Source of the DNA: Toensbergia leucococca
Taxonomy: Eukaryota
Assembly (NCBI GenBank): GCA_022813965.1
Contig: JALDZS010000015.1
Coordinates: forward strand, 186,001-220,830
Direction: 5' to 3'
Length of the DNA: 34,830 nt
Below, one piece after another: positions 13,389 to 24,003 of this stretch (position 1 is the stretch's first letter; the number at the start of each line of letters is the position of its first letter). The notes under the pieces were generated by a model. The model did no database searches. It saw only the letters and a list, made by a program, of their open reading frames with translations, and was not told the DNA's origin. The position numbers were made by a program, and so were the translations under genes.

Positions 13389-15092
13389 ATGGCCAGCATG
13401 ACGCGCTCATATGAGACACCTCCTGTTCTATCAACTCCTGACTCGCATGTCTTTGAAGACCCTACCCCCAGTTCTGATATACCTAGACAGCGCCTCTCAG
13501 ATGAAGACATCTTGACCACGTATGAAATAGAGCAAACAGCTACCCAAATCCGTGCAGGGAAATGGATTAAGATTGCTCTTCAATTTCATGATAACATGCT
13601 GCATCATGCGCCAAGGGTATTCGAAGCCTTGACCAAAAGCCTGAAAGGGCATCGTGACAAGACAGCTTTCAATGCCCGGCCCAAGACTGCATTAGAAAAC
13701 ATGAGCACGCTATCCGAGGCACTGCCGAATGAGAGGCTCTACATATTGGCAGACACCTCATATGGAGCCTGCTGTGTCGACGAGATTGCAGCTGAGCATG
13801 TTGGTGCCGACGTTGTGGTACACTATGGCCGATCTTGCCTGTCACCAACGGCAAGATTGCCGGTGATACATATTTTCACTCGCCAGCCTTTGGCCATAGC
13901 TCCGTTACTTATGGCCTTTGAACAGACCTACTCTGACCGTCTCGAGAAAGTAATTCTCATGGCCGATGTCATCTATTCAAGTCACATTCCAAGCCTCAAT
14001 GAAGCTTTGATACACCGGGGATACACTAATTCATACGCCACCAAAATAATTCATGATCCCTCCTCACCTTTGCCAAACCGGACCATACCGACTGAAATTG
14101 GCGAAAGCCAAGAAGAGCTCAAAGAATGGCACTTGTTCCATATTTCAGACCCCCCAGAGTCTCTGCTTCTTGTCTTGTCGTCCCGTGTCTCCACTATCCA
14201 CATTTATCCTGCACCAGAAAGTCCCAGTACTCAGGCACCAAGACCTCTCCTTGCATCTAGCACCTTTGCTTTGCGCAGGCGATACGCCCTTCTGACATCA
14301 GTGAGCACTGTTTCGATATTTGGGATTCTCATCAATACCTTGAGTGTCAAGAATTATCTTCATGTTGTCGAGCACGTCAAGGCTCAAATCCTAGCCGCGG
14401 GGAAGAAGAGCTACACCTTTGTAGTCGGCAAAGTCAACGCTGCAAAAGTTGCTAATTTCAGTGAAATAGGCGCTTGGGTTGTGATTGGTTGCTGGGAAAG
14501 CTCTTTGATAGATAGCAAGGATTTTTGGAGGCCTGTTCTTACCCCGTTTGAGCTGAAGCTAGCTCTAGAAGGCGATGGCGAAAGGGTCTGGACTGGGGAG
14601 TGGAGAAGTGATTTCCAAGGAATACTTAATGGACCAAGCAAGAGCTTGGACGCTAATGATGACGGGAGCGGTCACGTTGATGATGGGAATAATGATATAA
14701 ATGAAAACGATGGCTGCAGGAATGGAGAGATCGACTCGGATCCTGAATCTGCACCTCCTGAATTTGACCTGCGCACCGGACGCTATGTGTCTTACTCGAG
14801 ACCAATGCAACCAATCACAAGCCTAAAGTATCATACCAGCTTCCAGTCAGATCATTCGGCCCCAGAGAGTACTTCATTGATCCAACGTATCAAGGGTGAA
14901 GTGGCCGTCGTTGGTGGCGAAGTCTCGCCTGGAGCTGAACATCTTAGATCAAAAAGAACATGGAAAGGTCTTGGTAGTGACTTTGAAATTAAATACGATG
15001 AACCAGAAGCTTATGCTGGTACAACGCTTGAAGAGGGAAGAAGCGGAATTGCTAGAGGATATACAAATGGTGATGAATCAAGGCGGCGATAA
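13389..15092 (+). CDS. DPH2: Diphthamide biosynthesis protein 2 (intronless)
   Basis: IALQF, LYILADTSYGACCVDEIAAEHVGADVVVHYGRSCLSPT, FGILINTLS, YTFVVGKVNAAKVANFSEI..WVVIGC, PVLTPFEL, RTWKGLGSD and the C-terminal GRSGIARGY motif typical of Dph2. Confidence 0.95.
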   Translation: MASMTRSYETPPVLSTPDSHVFEDPTPSSDIPRQRLSDEDILTTYEIEQTATQIRAGKWIKIALQFHDNMLHHAPRVFEALTKSLKGHRDKTAFNARPKTALENMSTLSEALPNERLYILADTSYGACCVDEIAAEHVGADVVVHYGRSCLSPTARLPVIHIFTRQPLAIAPLLMAFEQTYSDRLEKVILMADVIYSSHIPSLNEALIHRGYTNSYATKIIHDPSSPLPNRTIPTEIGESQEELKEWHLFHISDPPESLLLVLSSRVSTIHIYPAPESPSTQAPRPLLASSTFALRRRYALLTSVSTVSIFGILINTLSVKNYLHVVEHVKAQILAAGKKSYTFVVGKVNAAKVANFSEIGAWVVIGCWESSLIDSKDFWRPVLTPFELKLALEGDGERVWTGEWRSDFQGILNGPSKSLDANDDGSGHVDDGNNDINENDGCRNGEIDSDPESAPPEFDLRTGRYVSYSRPMQPITSLKYHTSFQSDHSAPESTSLIQRIKGEVAVVGGEVSPGAEHLRSKRTWKGLGSDFEIKYDEPEAYAGTTLEEGRSGIARGYTNGDESRRR

Positions 15093-15441
15093 CTCCTCGG
15101 GTCATGATACAATTACAAATTTCAGATAGAAGTGTGATCAATGTATACATGATAAAAGTAAAGCTTTGCATATACATGGAAATTGAACTTCTTTTCATCG
15201 ATGTCTGTGAGGTACGGGGGCACTTAGGGGGGTAGCTTTAGGGCATTTGGTCTCCTTGGCGAGCTTGGCTCGCTTACTTGATTGTCGGGCAAAGTATGAC
15301 CGAAAGCCGATCTCACGTCACAGCGCAGTGCGACTACCTATCACCTACCTACTCACCTACTCAATGAGATGCACACACGATGCTTTTGATTATTTCAGAA
15401 GGCTGAAATGAGGCACCAATTTCGGTGTAATTCATGGAGCC

Positions 15442-18003
15442 ATGGAGGTCTCTCCCACACCTACTTTTCCCGCGTGGTCAAGATGGTCCATGGATCGCAC
15501 GACCACACCACCGTCTCAAATTCTTAGAATAAGGCCATCTCTATCGAACTTTGAGCTCCTCATAACAGGCCATCCTCCTATTCTTGAATCCCTCCTGCTT
15601 CAATTACCAACCTCTGCCATTCTAGACCTTTACCATACCTCGACATACCTCCAGTCATTCCTTCGCTTCTACCCGATTGCTTGGAATTATCTTTCCTTCC
15701 GTCTTTTTAACCCTGGCCATAGTAATGGAAGACAGGCATCCCCTGGAAGTGACACATCAGGAGATTTTCCCCCGCGGCGCTCGAAACAATATGCACTAGA
15801 TAAGCTCTTGCTTACCGTCGTAGTCCCCTGCGGCTCCCGTTTGACGTCTCTTGATCTGGACAATACTGCAGTGTCCGGTCTTGTTTTGACCTCGATCATT
15901 CTCCCTTCGGGGAGGGAGACATTAAAGCACCTCTCTATTCGTGGATGCAAATACGTGTCTTTGAAATATCACATTGTACCCTACCTCACTGTATTCAGCC
16001 TTCAAAAAGCTGTTAGCTCTCTCAACCGATCGCAGCATGTGGACAAATTGGCTCTCAGAAGTCTTTACACGTTCCGTTGTAGGCACCATCGACGGCGGCC
16101 TTACCTCACTGCATCATTACTACGAGGAGATTCTGATGCGGAACCGACACATGAGCTCATCAAAGCCTGCTACAATTTGGGCATATGGACAGACACGGCA
16201 TGGTGTCCTACGCCGGGAGGGCGATGCCTACGAAGGAAAGATTACTATGCCGGTAGAGGTAATCTAGATGGTCGAGGGGAGGTTTGGGTGGTCTTTGATC
16301 GTCTGTGGCGCTCTGGGAACAAATTAGGTTCCTCTGCGGTCAAGGATCCAAGGCCAGAGACATCGACAGGACAATTGTGGAAGGAGGCAGAATATGGACA
16401 TGAGGGAGAGCCTCTAGGATGTGAGCAGCAGCTAGGACATGGAGAAGGGAAGATAATGCCAACACATCTACGTCGAAGCCACAGGATTTTCATCGAGAAC
16501 TTCGTCTGTCACGCATGTGGTGATAAAATACCAGAGCGATGTGAACAATGTAGCGTTAGGATGCATTGCATGGGTTGTAGAAAAACTCTCTGTGCAAGCT
16601 GCGCCTTCTCTCGGCCATTGCCATCGAAGAAAGCAAGACCAAGTTCTCTAGCAGACACGGGAAATAATGAGAGAGATGGGCCCCATGATAGAGAGCATCA
16701 GCACTTCTTCTGGTGGGCCCCTGGCGAGACGCGGAGCCCAAATATGATGACACAGGAATTAGCTGACGGCGATGTCATTGCTACGAATCATGCGATTGCC
16801 GGCAACCCGCCGGTGCTCAAGATGCAATGGTGCTGTCTGAAACCCATGTTTTCAGGTGACGGTGGCATTTCATTCGTCGGACCTGGCATGAGCGGTGAAG
16901 GTGCACGACAAGTCCGCACAGCGCCACTACCAAGAGGAAGAGGTTGGGAGGACCCCGAATTTGCTCGCATTCGACAAGACGAAGACTTCCCGAGAGGGGC
17001 TTACGGCAAACCAGAGGCGCCCGATTATACGCTGCGCGGTGGTCACGATCAGATGTTACATTGGCTTTTGTACGGACCAGGCAGCCAAGAGAACAGTCCG
17101 TGTCCCCGTAGCCTCTGCCAAGAGTGCCGTCAGACTCCAGGCTGGCAGGCGGCCTGTCAAGCCTGCCGCGAGCCTTTCTGCTTTGCGCATGACCTTCGAG
17201 GGCTCAAGATGAGAATCTGCGGCTACAGAGATCTGATGATAGAGAAGAAACTAATGAAGCAGAGATCAGCGAAGGCAGCCCAGTCTGCCATGGCACAGAT
17301 ACTCTTGCTCAATAATCCAGACAAGGAGTTACTAGAGGCCATCCGAAATCGACTGAATTCCATCAGAACTCGATTAGCAAGAACGGGAACTCTGCCTAAT
17401 CACAACCCCATCACTCGGGAGCTGGCGCTGCTTGCAGGCGTTCCCGAGCCCGACGAAACTGACCATGAGATTGATACTAGCAATACTACTAGCCACGGTA
17501 GGCCCTTCTTCTCACTTTCTCAAGGGCATGATTCGAGGGAGCTTTTCTTTGATGACGTTGCTCCATCCCTAACCGACTCAGATGGCACCGTGACAGTGAA
17601 TCCAGATCTTTCGTTTTTCTGGAGAGGCTGTGCTTCTTTTATGTGTCCAGAGTACCGATCCATTGGAGACCACCGGCCCAAATGCACAGCGGATGCCAAG
17701 GAATGCAGTCTGTGTGGAGTGCACGTCTGCCCCGACTGCCTACAGCAAAATACCGCGTGCGAGTGCTCCTATTGCAAGAGCCATTACCGATGTCCCAAAT
17801 GCTATGGCAAGCTCGCGCCTAACGTATGTAAGAGGGCTGAAGAGGACAAGCAAAAGCAAGAACTGGCCGAGGCGGCGGAGGCGGAAAGGCGGACTTTGGC
17901 TGATTTGACAGAGCGGGCTGATGAGATGGCGGGAACACTTGGGGAGTTTTTTGCTAATTTGGAGGTGGTTGACGAGTCGGGTAATGATGGAGTGGCGCTA
18001 TGA
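15442..18003 (+). CDS. Uncharacterised cysteine-rich protein with an N-terminal F-box-like segment, a short LRR-like region and multiple CxxC zinc-binding clusters
   Basis: 853-aa uninterrupted ORF. F-box-like HPPILESLLLQLPTSAILDLYHTSTYLQSFL; LRR-like LTSLDLDNTAVS and LKHLSIRGCKYVS; three Cys clusters (CHAC..CEQC..CMGC..CASC; CQEC..CQAC..CFAH; CSLC..CPDC..CSYC..CPKC). Confidence 0.75.
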   Translation: MEVSPTPTFPAWSRWSMDRTTTPPSQILRIRPSLSNFELLITGHPPILESLLLQLPTSAILDLYHTSTYLQSFLRFYPIAWNYLSFRLFNPGHSNGRQASPGSDTSGDFPPRRSKQYALDKLLLTVVVPCGSRLTSLDLDNTAVSGLVLTSIILPSGRETLKHLSIRGCKYVSLKYHIVPYLTVFSLQKAVSSLNRSQHVDKLALRSLYTFRCRHHRRRPYLTASLLRGDSDAEPTHELIKACYNLGIWTDTAWCPTPGGRCLRRKDYYAGRGNLDGRGEVWVVFDRLWRSGNKLGSSAVKDPRPETSTGQLWKEAEYGHEGEPLGCEQQLGHGEGKIMPTHLRRSHRIFIENFVCHACGDKIPERCEQCSVRMHCMGCRKTLCASCAFSRPLPSKKARPSSLADTGNNERDGPHDREHQHFFWWAPGETRSPNMMTQELADGDVIATNHAIAGNPPVLKMQWCCLKPMFSGDGGISFVGPGMSGEGARQVRTAPLPRGRGWEDPEFARIRQDEDFPRGAYGKPEAPDYTLRGGHDQMLHWLLYGPGSQENSPCPRSLCQECRQTPGWQAACQACREPFCFAHDLRGLKMRICGYRDLMIEKKLMKQRSAKAAQSAMAQILLLNNPDKELLEAIRNRLNSIRTRLARTGTLPNHNPITRELALLAGVPEPDETDHEIDTSNTTSHGRPFFSLSQGHDSRELFFDDVAPSLTDSDGTVTVNPDLSFFWRGCASFMCPEYRSIGDHRPKCTADAKECSLCGVHVCPDCLQQNTACECSYCKSHYRCPKCYGKLAPNVCKRAEEDKQKQELAEAAEAERRTLADLTERADEMAGTLGEFFANLEVVDESGNDGVAL

Positions 18004-18496
18004 ATGTGATGGTGGAGCTTTATGGGAGGGCTGGCTGGCAGGCAGGCGAATTGGGGGTTCGAAGGTGTGTCTTTTCGGAAAAAGGGGGGTGTTCAGATGG
18101 CATCTTTGGAGTTTTGTTGTTCGAGGGTTTTTTTTCTGTGGGGTTTGTTCTATGTGTATTAAGGAAAGTAAAGTACTTCACTCGGTTAGGTATCTAAAAG
18201 TAATGATTAATTCCTTTTTTCTTCGGGCGTTTCTTCAGGTGTGATGCTCATATACATTTTTTTTCTTCTTGACGTCTGCTCATCTGTTGAGTGTTTTTTT
18301 GTTTTGCGGTTGTTTACCTTTGTAATGAGAAGTTATGCAAAGTATGAGATATGTGAGACCCCTTTTAAGCAGAAGTCATTTTGAGAATGAAAGGATGAAG
18401 GTCAGAGCATTATTTGTTTTCATGTTTTATTGTAGTGATTTACAGTACATTAAATATCAAAGGCATGAAATATATGTTTTTGAACTCTGAATGATG

Positions 18497-18689
18497 TTTT
18501 TTTAACATTGTGAAAGATAGCTATGTTACAAAGAGTAAACTGATACTATAAAATCTGAATCTTAAAGTGATGCTAGAATCAGTCATATCACATTCAGTAC
18601 AGAGTATTTTATCACTGCTGCTCATTCTCTTAAAGTGTGATGAGGCTGAGATTTATAAAGGTCAACATATCATTTAGGCTTGCAATATC
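18497..18689 (+). repeat. AT-rich direct repeat, copy A (about 195 bp)
   Basis: Aligns with 19333-19545; shared blocks include tgatactataaaa, aatcagtcatatca, atcactgctgctcatt and aaaggtcaacat. Confidence 0.85.
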
Positions 18690-18691
18690 CC

Positions 18692-19325
18692 GACACCCCA
18701 TTTCGATATGCTGACACCCCCCCTACCATTACCTGATTAAGCAACTATGAGGCCTAGGCGCATAGGGAATCATCATGATTCGCACCACATCTTGCCTCAA
18801 TTCCCGACCACTTTGCAAGTCAATTGATTGTTCCATTTGCGTGCCATCTAGAAGCCAAATTACCTAGGAGAAAACCAATGCTTTTGTACCACATCCTGAC
18901 TTGATTCCCTCGCCCCCGGGCGCACGATCACCCCCCGGGCGCAATTTATCTACCTCCTTCCAAAATCATGAAACACCCTGTTATCCACAGGAACTCCACC
19001 TCCCCCTCCTTCTATTTCCTCGCCCTCCTCTAGGTCCTCGGGCACCCCGGCCGTTCATCAGGTGGAGGTGAGGGTTCGAGTTCATCAGGTGGGGGAAAAT
19101 CAAAATCCATGATAGAGAATTAGGTGAAAACGTGGTACGATATCAGGATAATTCCTTACTGCAGTGGAGTTGGTAGATGGCACGTGGAATTATGAGGTAT
19201 AAGGCATGCAAAATGTGGTCGGGAATTGAGGCAAGATGTGGTGCGAAATGATAGATTTTCCCTCGGTGGTATTGCGCCCGAGGGGGGGGGTGTCCTTGTA
19301 TCAAAAGGGGGTGTCCATGTATCAA
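18692..19325. mobile_element. Non-autonomous TIR element with long (about 220 bp) imperfect, internally repetitive inverted arms
   Basis: Ends are GACACCCC..GACACCCCC and GGGGGTGTCC..GGGGGTGTCC. There is a perfect 33-bp inverted repeat (18779-18811 / 19215-19247, ttcgcaccacatcttgcctcaattcccgaccac) and further inverted blocks cgtgccatcta and gtaccac. No convincing ORF. Confidence 0.7.
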
Positions 19326-19332
19326 TTCCCTC

Positions 19333-19545
19333 TTTTATTAACAACATAAAAGATAGATATGATACAAAAAGAGTGAATTGATACTATAAAAATCTGAGTC
19401 TTAAAGTAATCATAAAATCAGTCATATCAAAGACATTTCACAGTCATTCAGCACACAGTATTTCATCACTGCTGCTCATTTCTTCAAAGCATGATAAGGC
19501 TGAGGGTTATAAAAGGTCAACATTTCATTTGAGATTCATGATATC
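19333..19545 (+). repeat. AT-rich direct repeat, copy A' (about 210 bp)
   Basis: Diverged copy of 18497-18689 with a short insertion near 19430-19445. Confidence 0.85.
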
Positions 19546-19978
19546 AATCATCTTTCTCAGATCAGAGTCAGAGTCTATATGAGTTTCATATTCTGAACAT
19601 CTCTTCTCAGATTACTTCAGCCACCGAGCATTCTTCCAACCTTTTCAGTCCACCTTACCGCATTTCAGGGGCAACTCGGGGTAGAGTCCAGCTTTCTAAT
19701 CACCAACTTTACCCAATCGGGGCCATATTGGCTTGAAAATTGGGAGGCTGTCTAGACCTCGTGCTCGACGCCAAAAACGCCACTTTATTGATTCGTGAAG
19801 CCATGGACTTTTCGAGACCAAGTGTTCTGGTGCGTAGTTGCCCCGCCCCGCCATGGGCTTGATTAATGGCTTTCACAGGCGCCAGCGCCCTCATTGCGGA
19901 ATATATATTGCTGCGAGTCTATCTCCCTCAGATCTGCATCATGCGTACTCAGTTCATGTCTACGAAGCATAGGTCAAC

Positions 19979-21259
19979 ATGCAGACATTCTATATTGACA
20001 TTGACACCGCCAATCTCCGCACCATCCTCACGGTCTACTTCGTTGCCTTCTCCAACCTGATCTCGTTCGTCGGCGGCAAGTGTCTGATAAAGGCTAATAT
20101 CCGTCGAGCTACCAGCCTTCGTCGGGTCCCGATTTATAGAACCACGTCATGGCTGTCGGCCATGTCGATTGGGGAATACGTTTTCAAGACGCGGTGTCTC
20201 CCTGGCGGATCGATGGGACTGCTGATGCTGTTGTCCACCATCATCGCCCCGCTCAGCCATCTCCTAGTGAGCAAGTTCGTCACGACGGTGTACAAACCGG
20301 GCCAATGCTCCTTCGGTTCCGGCCTGGTGATTGCTCAAGACGCCTCCTTCTTCTCAGACCATCGATCGACTCCTACAAGCGCATGGCTTCCTGCGAGATG
20401 GGCAGCAGACGCGCAATCGACCAGCATTCGGAATGGCGGACTCGGTGGTATCTACTGGAAAGCTAATGAGGATCCGTTCTTCGCCGCAGACTCAGATGAT
20501 GTAGCCGGGCAGTGGAACTGTGTTGATCAAATGGCTGACACGACGTACTCTGCCGGAACGGACTTTGACACCATATTCCAAGACCTGTTCTCGAAAGACC
20601 TGCAGTACAATGATGGAGTCGAAAGCCATTGGGCTCTGCCCCATGGGGTGCAAGTCGGCATGATAATATGGAGCGCGTCAGTTGGAGACGACGTTCAACA
20701 AGCGTGGGATGTGAAGATCTCCGCCAACACCCAGCTCGACCAGAAAGAGACCATAAACATGAAAAACTTCCACTGTTCAATGTCGTCGACATCTATCCCG
20801 TGGATGCTCTCGTACATCAACAGCCGATCCGCCCTCAAGGAATGGGGTCAGACTCTCTTTGGCTACCTCGGGGGCAAAGTCGGCGACCGCAACGGCGACA
20901 TGAGCGGAAAGATGGAAATGGTGCTGAACTCGATGGTCATGGTGTCCGGAAGCGGCAACGGGGCCAACCATACGGAAAGCGAGGCTAAGAGCCCCACGCA
21001 AGGCTGCCTGGTACCCAAGGCCCAGCTGCCGCTACCTGTGACGGCGATGGTCGGGATTACCGGCGTCTTCTTCCTGCATTTGCTCATATACCTGGTCAGT
21101 CTGGGCGTGGCGACGCGGCCGGGCGCGCTTGAGGAGCTGCCGGATGGAGTACTAGGCTGGCAGCTACAAGCTGTGCGTGAGGCGTCCAAAGAAGAGGAGA
21201 TGAATGCGGGTCAAGCGGTTCGGAAAGATCTGCTTCGGGTGATGAATCACGTTGCATAG
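19979..21259 (+). CDS. Uncharacterised membrane protein (two N-terminal hydrophobic helices, a Cys-containing luminal domain, one C-terminal TM helix)
   Basis: 426-aa intronless ORF with clear C/G third-position bias. Hydrophobic segments ILTVYFVAFSNLISFVGG, MGLLMLLSTIIAPLSHLLV and VTAMVGITGVFFLHLLIYLVSLGV. Confidence 0.75.
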   Translation: MQTFYIDIDTANLRTILTVYFVAFSNLISFVGGKCLIKANIRRATSLRRVPIYRTTSWLSAMSIGEYVFKTRCLPGGSMGLLMLLSTIIAPLSHLLVSKFVTTVYKPGQCSFGSGLVIAQDASFFSDHRSTPTSAWLPARWAADAQSTSIRNGGLGGIYWKANEDPFFAADSDDVAGQWNCVDQMADTTYSAGTDFDTIFQDLFSKDLQYNDGVESHWALPHGVQVGMIIWSASVGDDVQQAWDVKISANTQLDQKETINMKNFHCSMSSTSIPWMLSYINSRSALKEWGQTLFGYLGGKVGDRNGDMSGKMEMVLNSMVMVSGSGNGANHTESEAKSPTQGCLVPKAQLPLPVTAMVGITGVFFLHLLIYLVSLGVATRPGALEELPDGVLGWQLQAVREASKEEEMNAGQAVRKDLLRVMNHVA

Positions 21260-21640
21260 ATCTCTATTGATGATAGAACGTAATGAGAAGCCTGTAAACA
21301 CTTGAGATAGGTAGTCCATATTCAGCGTCAGTTTCAACATGAGTTTCAGTCTTTTGTTCAATAGGTATTTGCCTTTTTCGAGTACGTGAATAGGTGGGTA
21401 TTTCAGATTAGTAATATGGGTTAAGCATGCACAACCCCAATGCAAACGCAGGAGTAATGATGTCGTTCACAGAAGGTGGTGAAAAATCTCTTCAATCTAG
21501 AGTACGAGTAAGGCACGAGTATTGTCATTCGAGGGATTGTCGACTAGGTAATGAGTCACGTGAGTCTCGTGACTATCTTGTGCAGGGATTATAGAATACG
21601 AGCTCGGTAAGCTAGCGGGGTCCTCGACTCCTCGTCAAGT

Positions 21641-21677
21641 CGCGAAACATAAACAAACTCTCAACTTCATAAACACA
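21641..21677 (+). promoter_or_regulatory. SCB-like CGCGAAA and two forkhead-like ATAAACA sites upstream of the Ppc89-like gene
   Basis: cgcgaaacataaacaaactctcaacttcataaacac lies about 150-185 bp upstream of ATG 21825. Consistent with cell-cycle control of a spindle-pole gene, but inferred only. Confidence 0.3.
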
Positions 21678-21824
21678 TTATTTTACATGCTATCCCAATC
21701 AATTCATGCATAGCTTCCACTCTTCCTAGCAATCGCACCGAGCTGTGGTGTGCTCTGGTATCGTTTTCAAACATTAATCTGTTCCGTGGCCAGCGCTTGC
21801 GTCGAGAACCCTTTGGCTGCCTTT

Positions 21825-24003
21825 ATGAGTCCAGAGATCACCAAAACAACTTCAATCGCCCCCAGCAGTCAATTTCTCTCACCATCCAGAGAGTACTCCA
21901 ATAGGGACATGGCTCAGTTCTCCACTGCCTCTCAAAGCCGAGTTGATGCAGATCCGTCAGTCTCTGACTATATGTCTAAAAGCGACGTCTTAGTCGGACG
22001 TATACGAGCGATGAAGGCCATGCAACCAACCTTTTCCACAAAGAACGGTCCCTCGCCACCACCAGCCAAAACATTCGATAACGTTTCTAGAGATGCTAGT
22101 CAAGGTAGTGGCGATAAACGTCATGGACTCGCTGCAATGCATGCGCGTGTCAGAGACGAGAATGACTACTCCCACATCAGTGAAGAACGACCTCCTACAG
22201 TCGAGTTAACTGCCAGGAACACACGCTTCGTCAGTGCCGGTAATAAACAATATACCGCTCGTGACACATTACCGTCCAAGTCGCGTTCCGCCCAAGATTT
22301 CATGCAAGCTGCTGAACAACAGATAGCAAAGCCACATACTAACACTACTGTGCAACCCCAAGCCTCTCGGTTCGGCTGGTCGTCATCTCAAGCTCGAGAG
22401 CATTCGGCTAGAGGTCTAGACTATGCAGCTGTCGGCGAGATCCCGTTGCCTGTAGAAGAGGATAGGATCTTTACGTCTCTGAAGCTTCTTCATGATAAGG
22501 TACAAGTGTTGGAGCATCGTCGTACCGAAGGAGAACGTCGTCGTGCCGAAGTAGAACGTCTACGTGCCAAAACAGAACATAGCCTTCGAGAGTATCAGCA
22601 ATTCAATAGAGCTCGGGAAATGGAGAAGGGAGAGAAAAGAAAACTCGCGCGAGCTGACAGTGCCTTGGGAATGACTGATGGCGGTAGCGATGGTGGGGAC
22701 GAGATGGGTAAAGGTTCACGCAAATGGACTATCGAGAAAAGTCGTGAGTTTTGGTCTCAATGAAAGTCAGGCCACCGACTGACGAAATCATAGGACTAGA
22801 TTCAGAGATTCAAGTGCTAAAATTGCAAGTCTACAGCAATAAGGATTTGCTCATTACTTCCGAGCTTGCCGCCGAAGGTGTCAGGCGGGATCGTGACTTG
22901 GCAATCACTGAATTGCGCGCAGCACACTGCACCATTGAGTACTACAAGCGAGAGAAGAAGACCCTCAAGGCAGAGGTAAAGCAGCTCAAGGAAGAGAAGG
23001 AAGCCTTGAAGGCTCGTCTTACTGCCAATTATGTGGATGAGACCGACGACCAGGAATGTCCATGGCTCGAACTTGCAAAGAGCGAATCAGAAGGAATGGA
23101 TTTCTCCCTTGGGCTTGGACCTTCAATCTCTCAAGCAGGAAATGCTCAGCATGGTGAAAAATCCTCAGCCGACTTGACCTATATGACTCTTCCCAATGTA
23201 CGTTCTTCTTGCACTACACTTGGGCAAGGAACGCTAATGAATTTGCACTACAGGATGGTGAAGTAGATGAGCTAAGGAAGACCCTCGAGCAGGAGAGGAC
23301 TCGTCGCAAGCAAGAACTTGGGACAAATTATCCAGTGCCCAGCGCAGATACTATCCTAAAGCAAGCCATACCTTCAGACAAGAGCATTCAGCAACAAGAG
23401 AATATTGTGCCTCGACGGTCATTGTTTAAAGATCTGAAGCGTAGACTTAGCAACAAGGCGAATGATACCCAGCATTCTTTGCAGAGTAAGAGCAATGACG
23501 ACCTGGTATGTTTACCAAGATGCAACGTCGCAGGTTTATACATACTTACTATAATGCAGCCTACTCATAACAAAACATGCGGTCGTCATCACCGTCGACA
23601 CTCGTTAGATTCTGTCATGAGCAGACTCAGCCGACCTCGAGGTCAAGTCATGGAAGACAAGACGTCTGAAACGGAGGCGATTGAGATCCCAATGCCGGTT
23701 CCTGTTTCCGAACGTATGCCAGAAGCAGTGGAGAATGAGGATGATGCCACGATACGACCTTCGCAGCCACCAGCTATTGCCCTCGCGTTTCTCTTGAAAG
23801 ATTTCGAGAAAGAATTATCGCAGTCGAAGTTGCAGCTAGCCAGTTATCAGTCCATGTATGATGCACACGACCCTGCGCTTGGAAGGCGGAAGCGAAACGT
23901 CATGTCTGAGAAGATGAATGGCTTGCGTGCAGCGATCGATGTTCAGTGTGACCGTATTTATCGTTGTTACGATGTACTTGAGGGTCTGAAGACACATGCA
24001 TAG
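21825..24003 (+). CDS. Ppc89/Cep57-like spindle pole body coiled-coil protein; exons ~21825-22743, 22794-23197, 23254-23505, 23560-24003 (start uncertain)
   Basis: C-terminal PVPVSERMP..EDDATIRPSQPPAIALAFLLKDFEKELSQSKLQL..HDPALGRRKR..IDVQCDRIYRCYDVLEG resembles the Cep57 microtubule-binding domain. IPLPVEEDRIFTSLKLLHDKV and RADSALGMTDGGSDG lie in a coiled-coil region. Three GT-AG introns (gtgagt..tag, gtacgt..cag, gtatgt..cag). Confidence 0.7.
22515..22577 (+). repeat. Three-copy 21-bp coding tandem repeat (heptads HRRTEGE RRRAEVE RLRAKTE)
   Basis: catcgtcgtaccgaaggagaa / cgtcgtcgtgccgaagtagaa / cgtctacgtgccaaaacagaa. Confidence 0.75.

Noticed and set aside
18497..19545. LTR retrotransposon/TRIM interpretation of the direct repeats
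   Set aside because: No TG...CA termini, primer-binding site, TSD or gag/pol remnants were seen. Kept only as an unexplained composite.
20149..21189. Five short ORFs overlapping the 426-aa membrane protein
   Set aside because: Shadow frames of a GC3-rich gene.
21553..21574. Short palindrome agtcacg-tgagtct-cgtgact containing CACGTG
   Set aside because: The 7-bp arms are within chance expectation for 35 kb; no supporting context.
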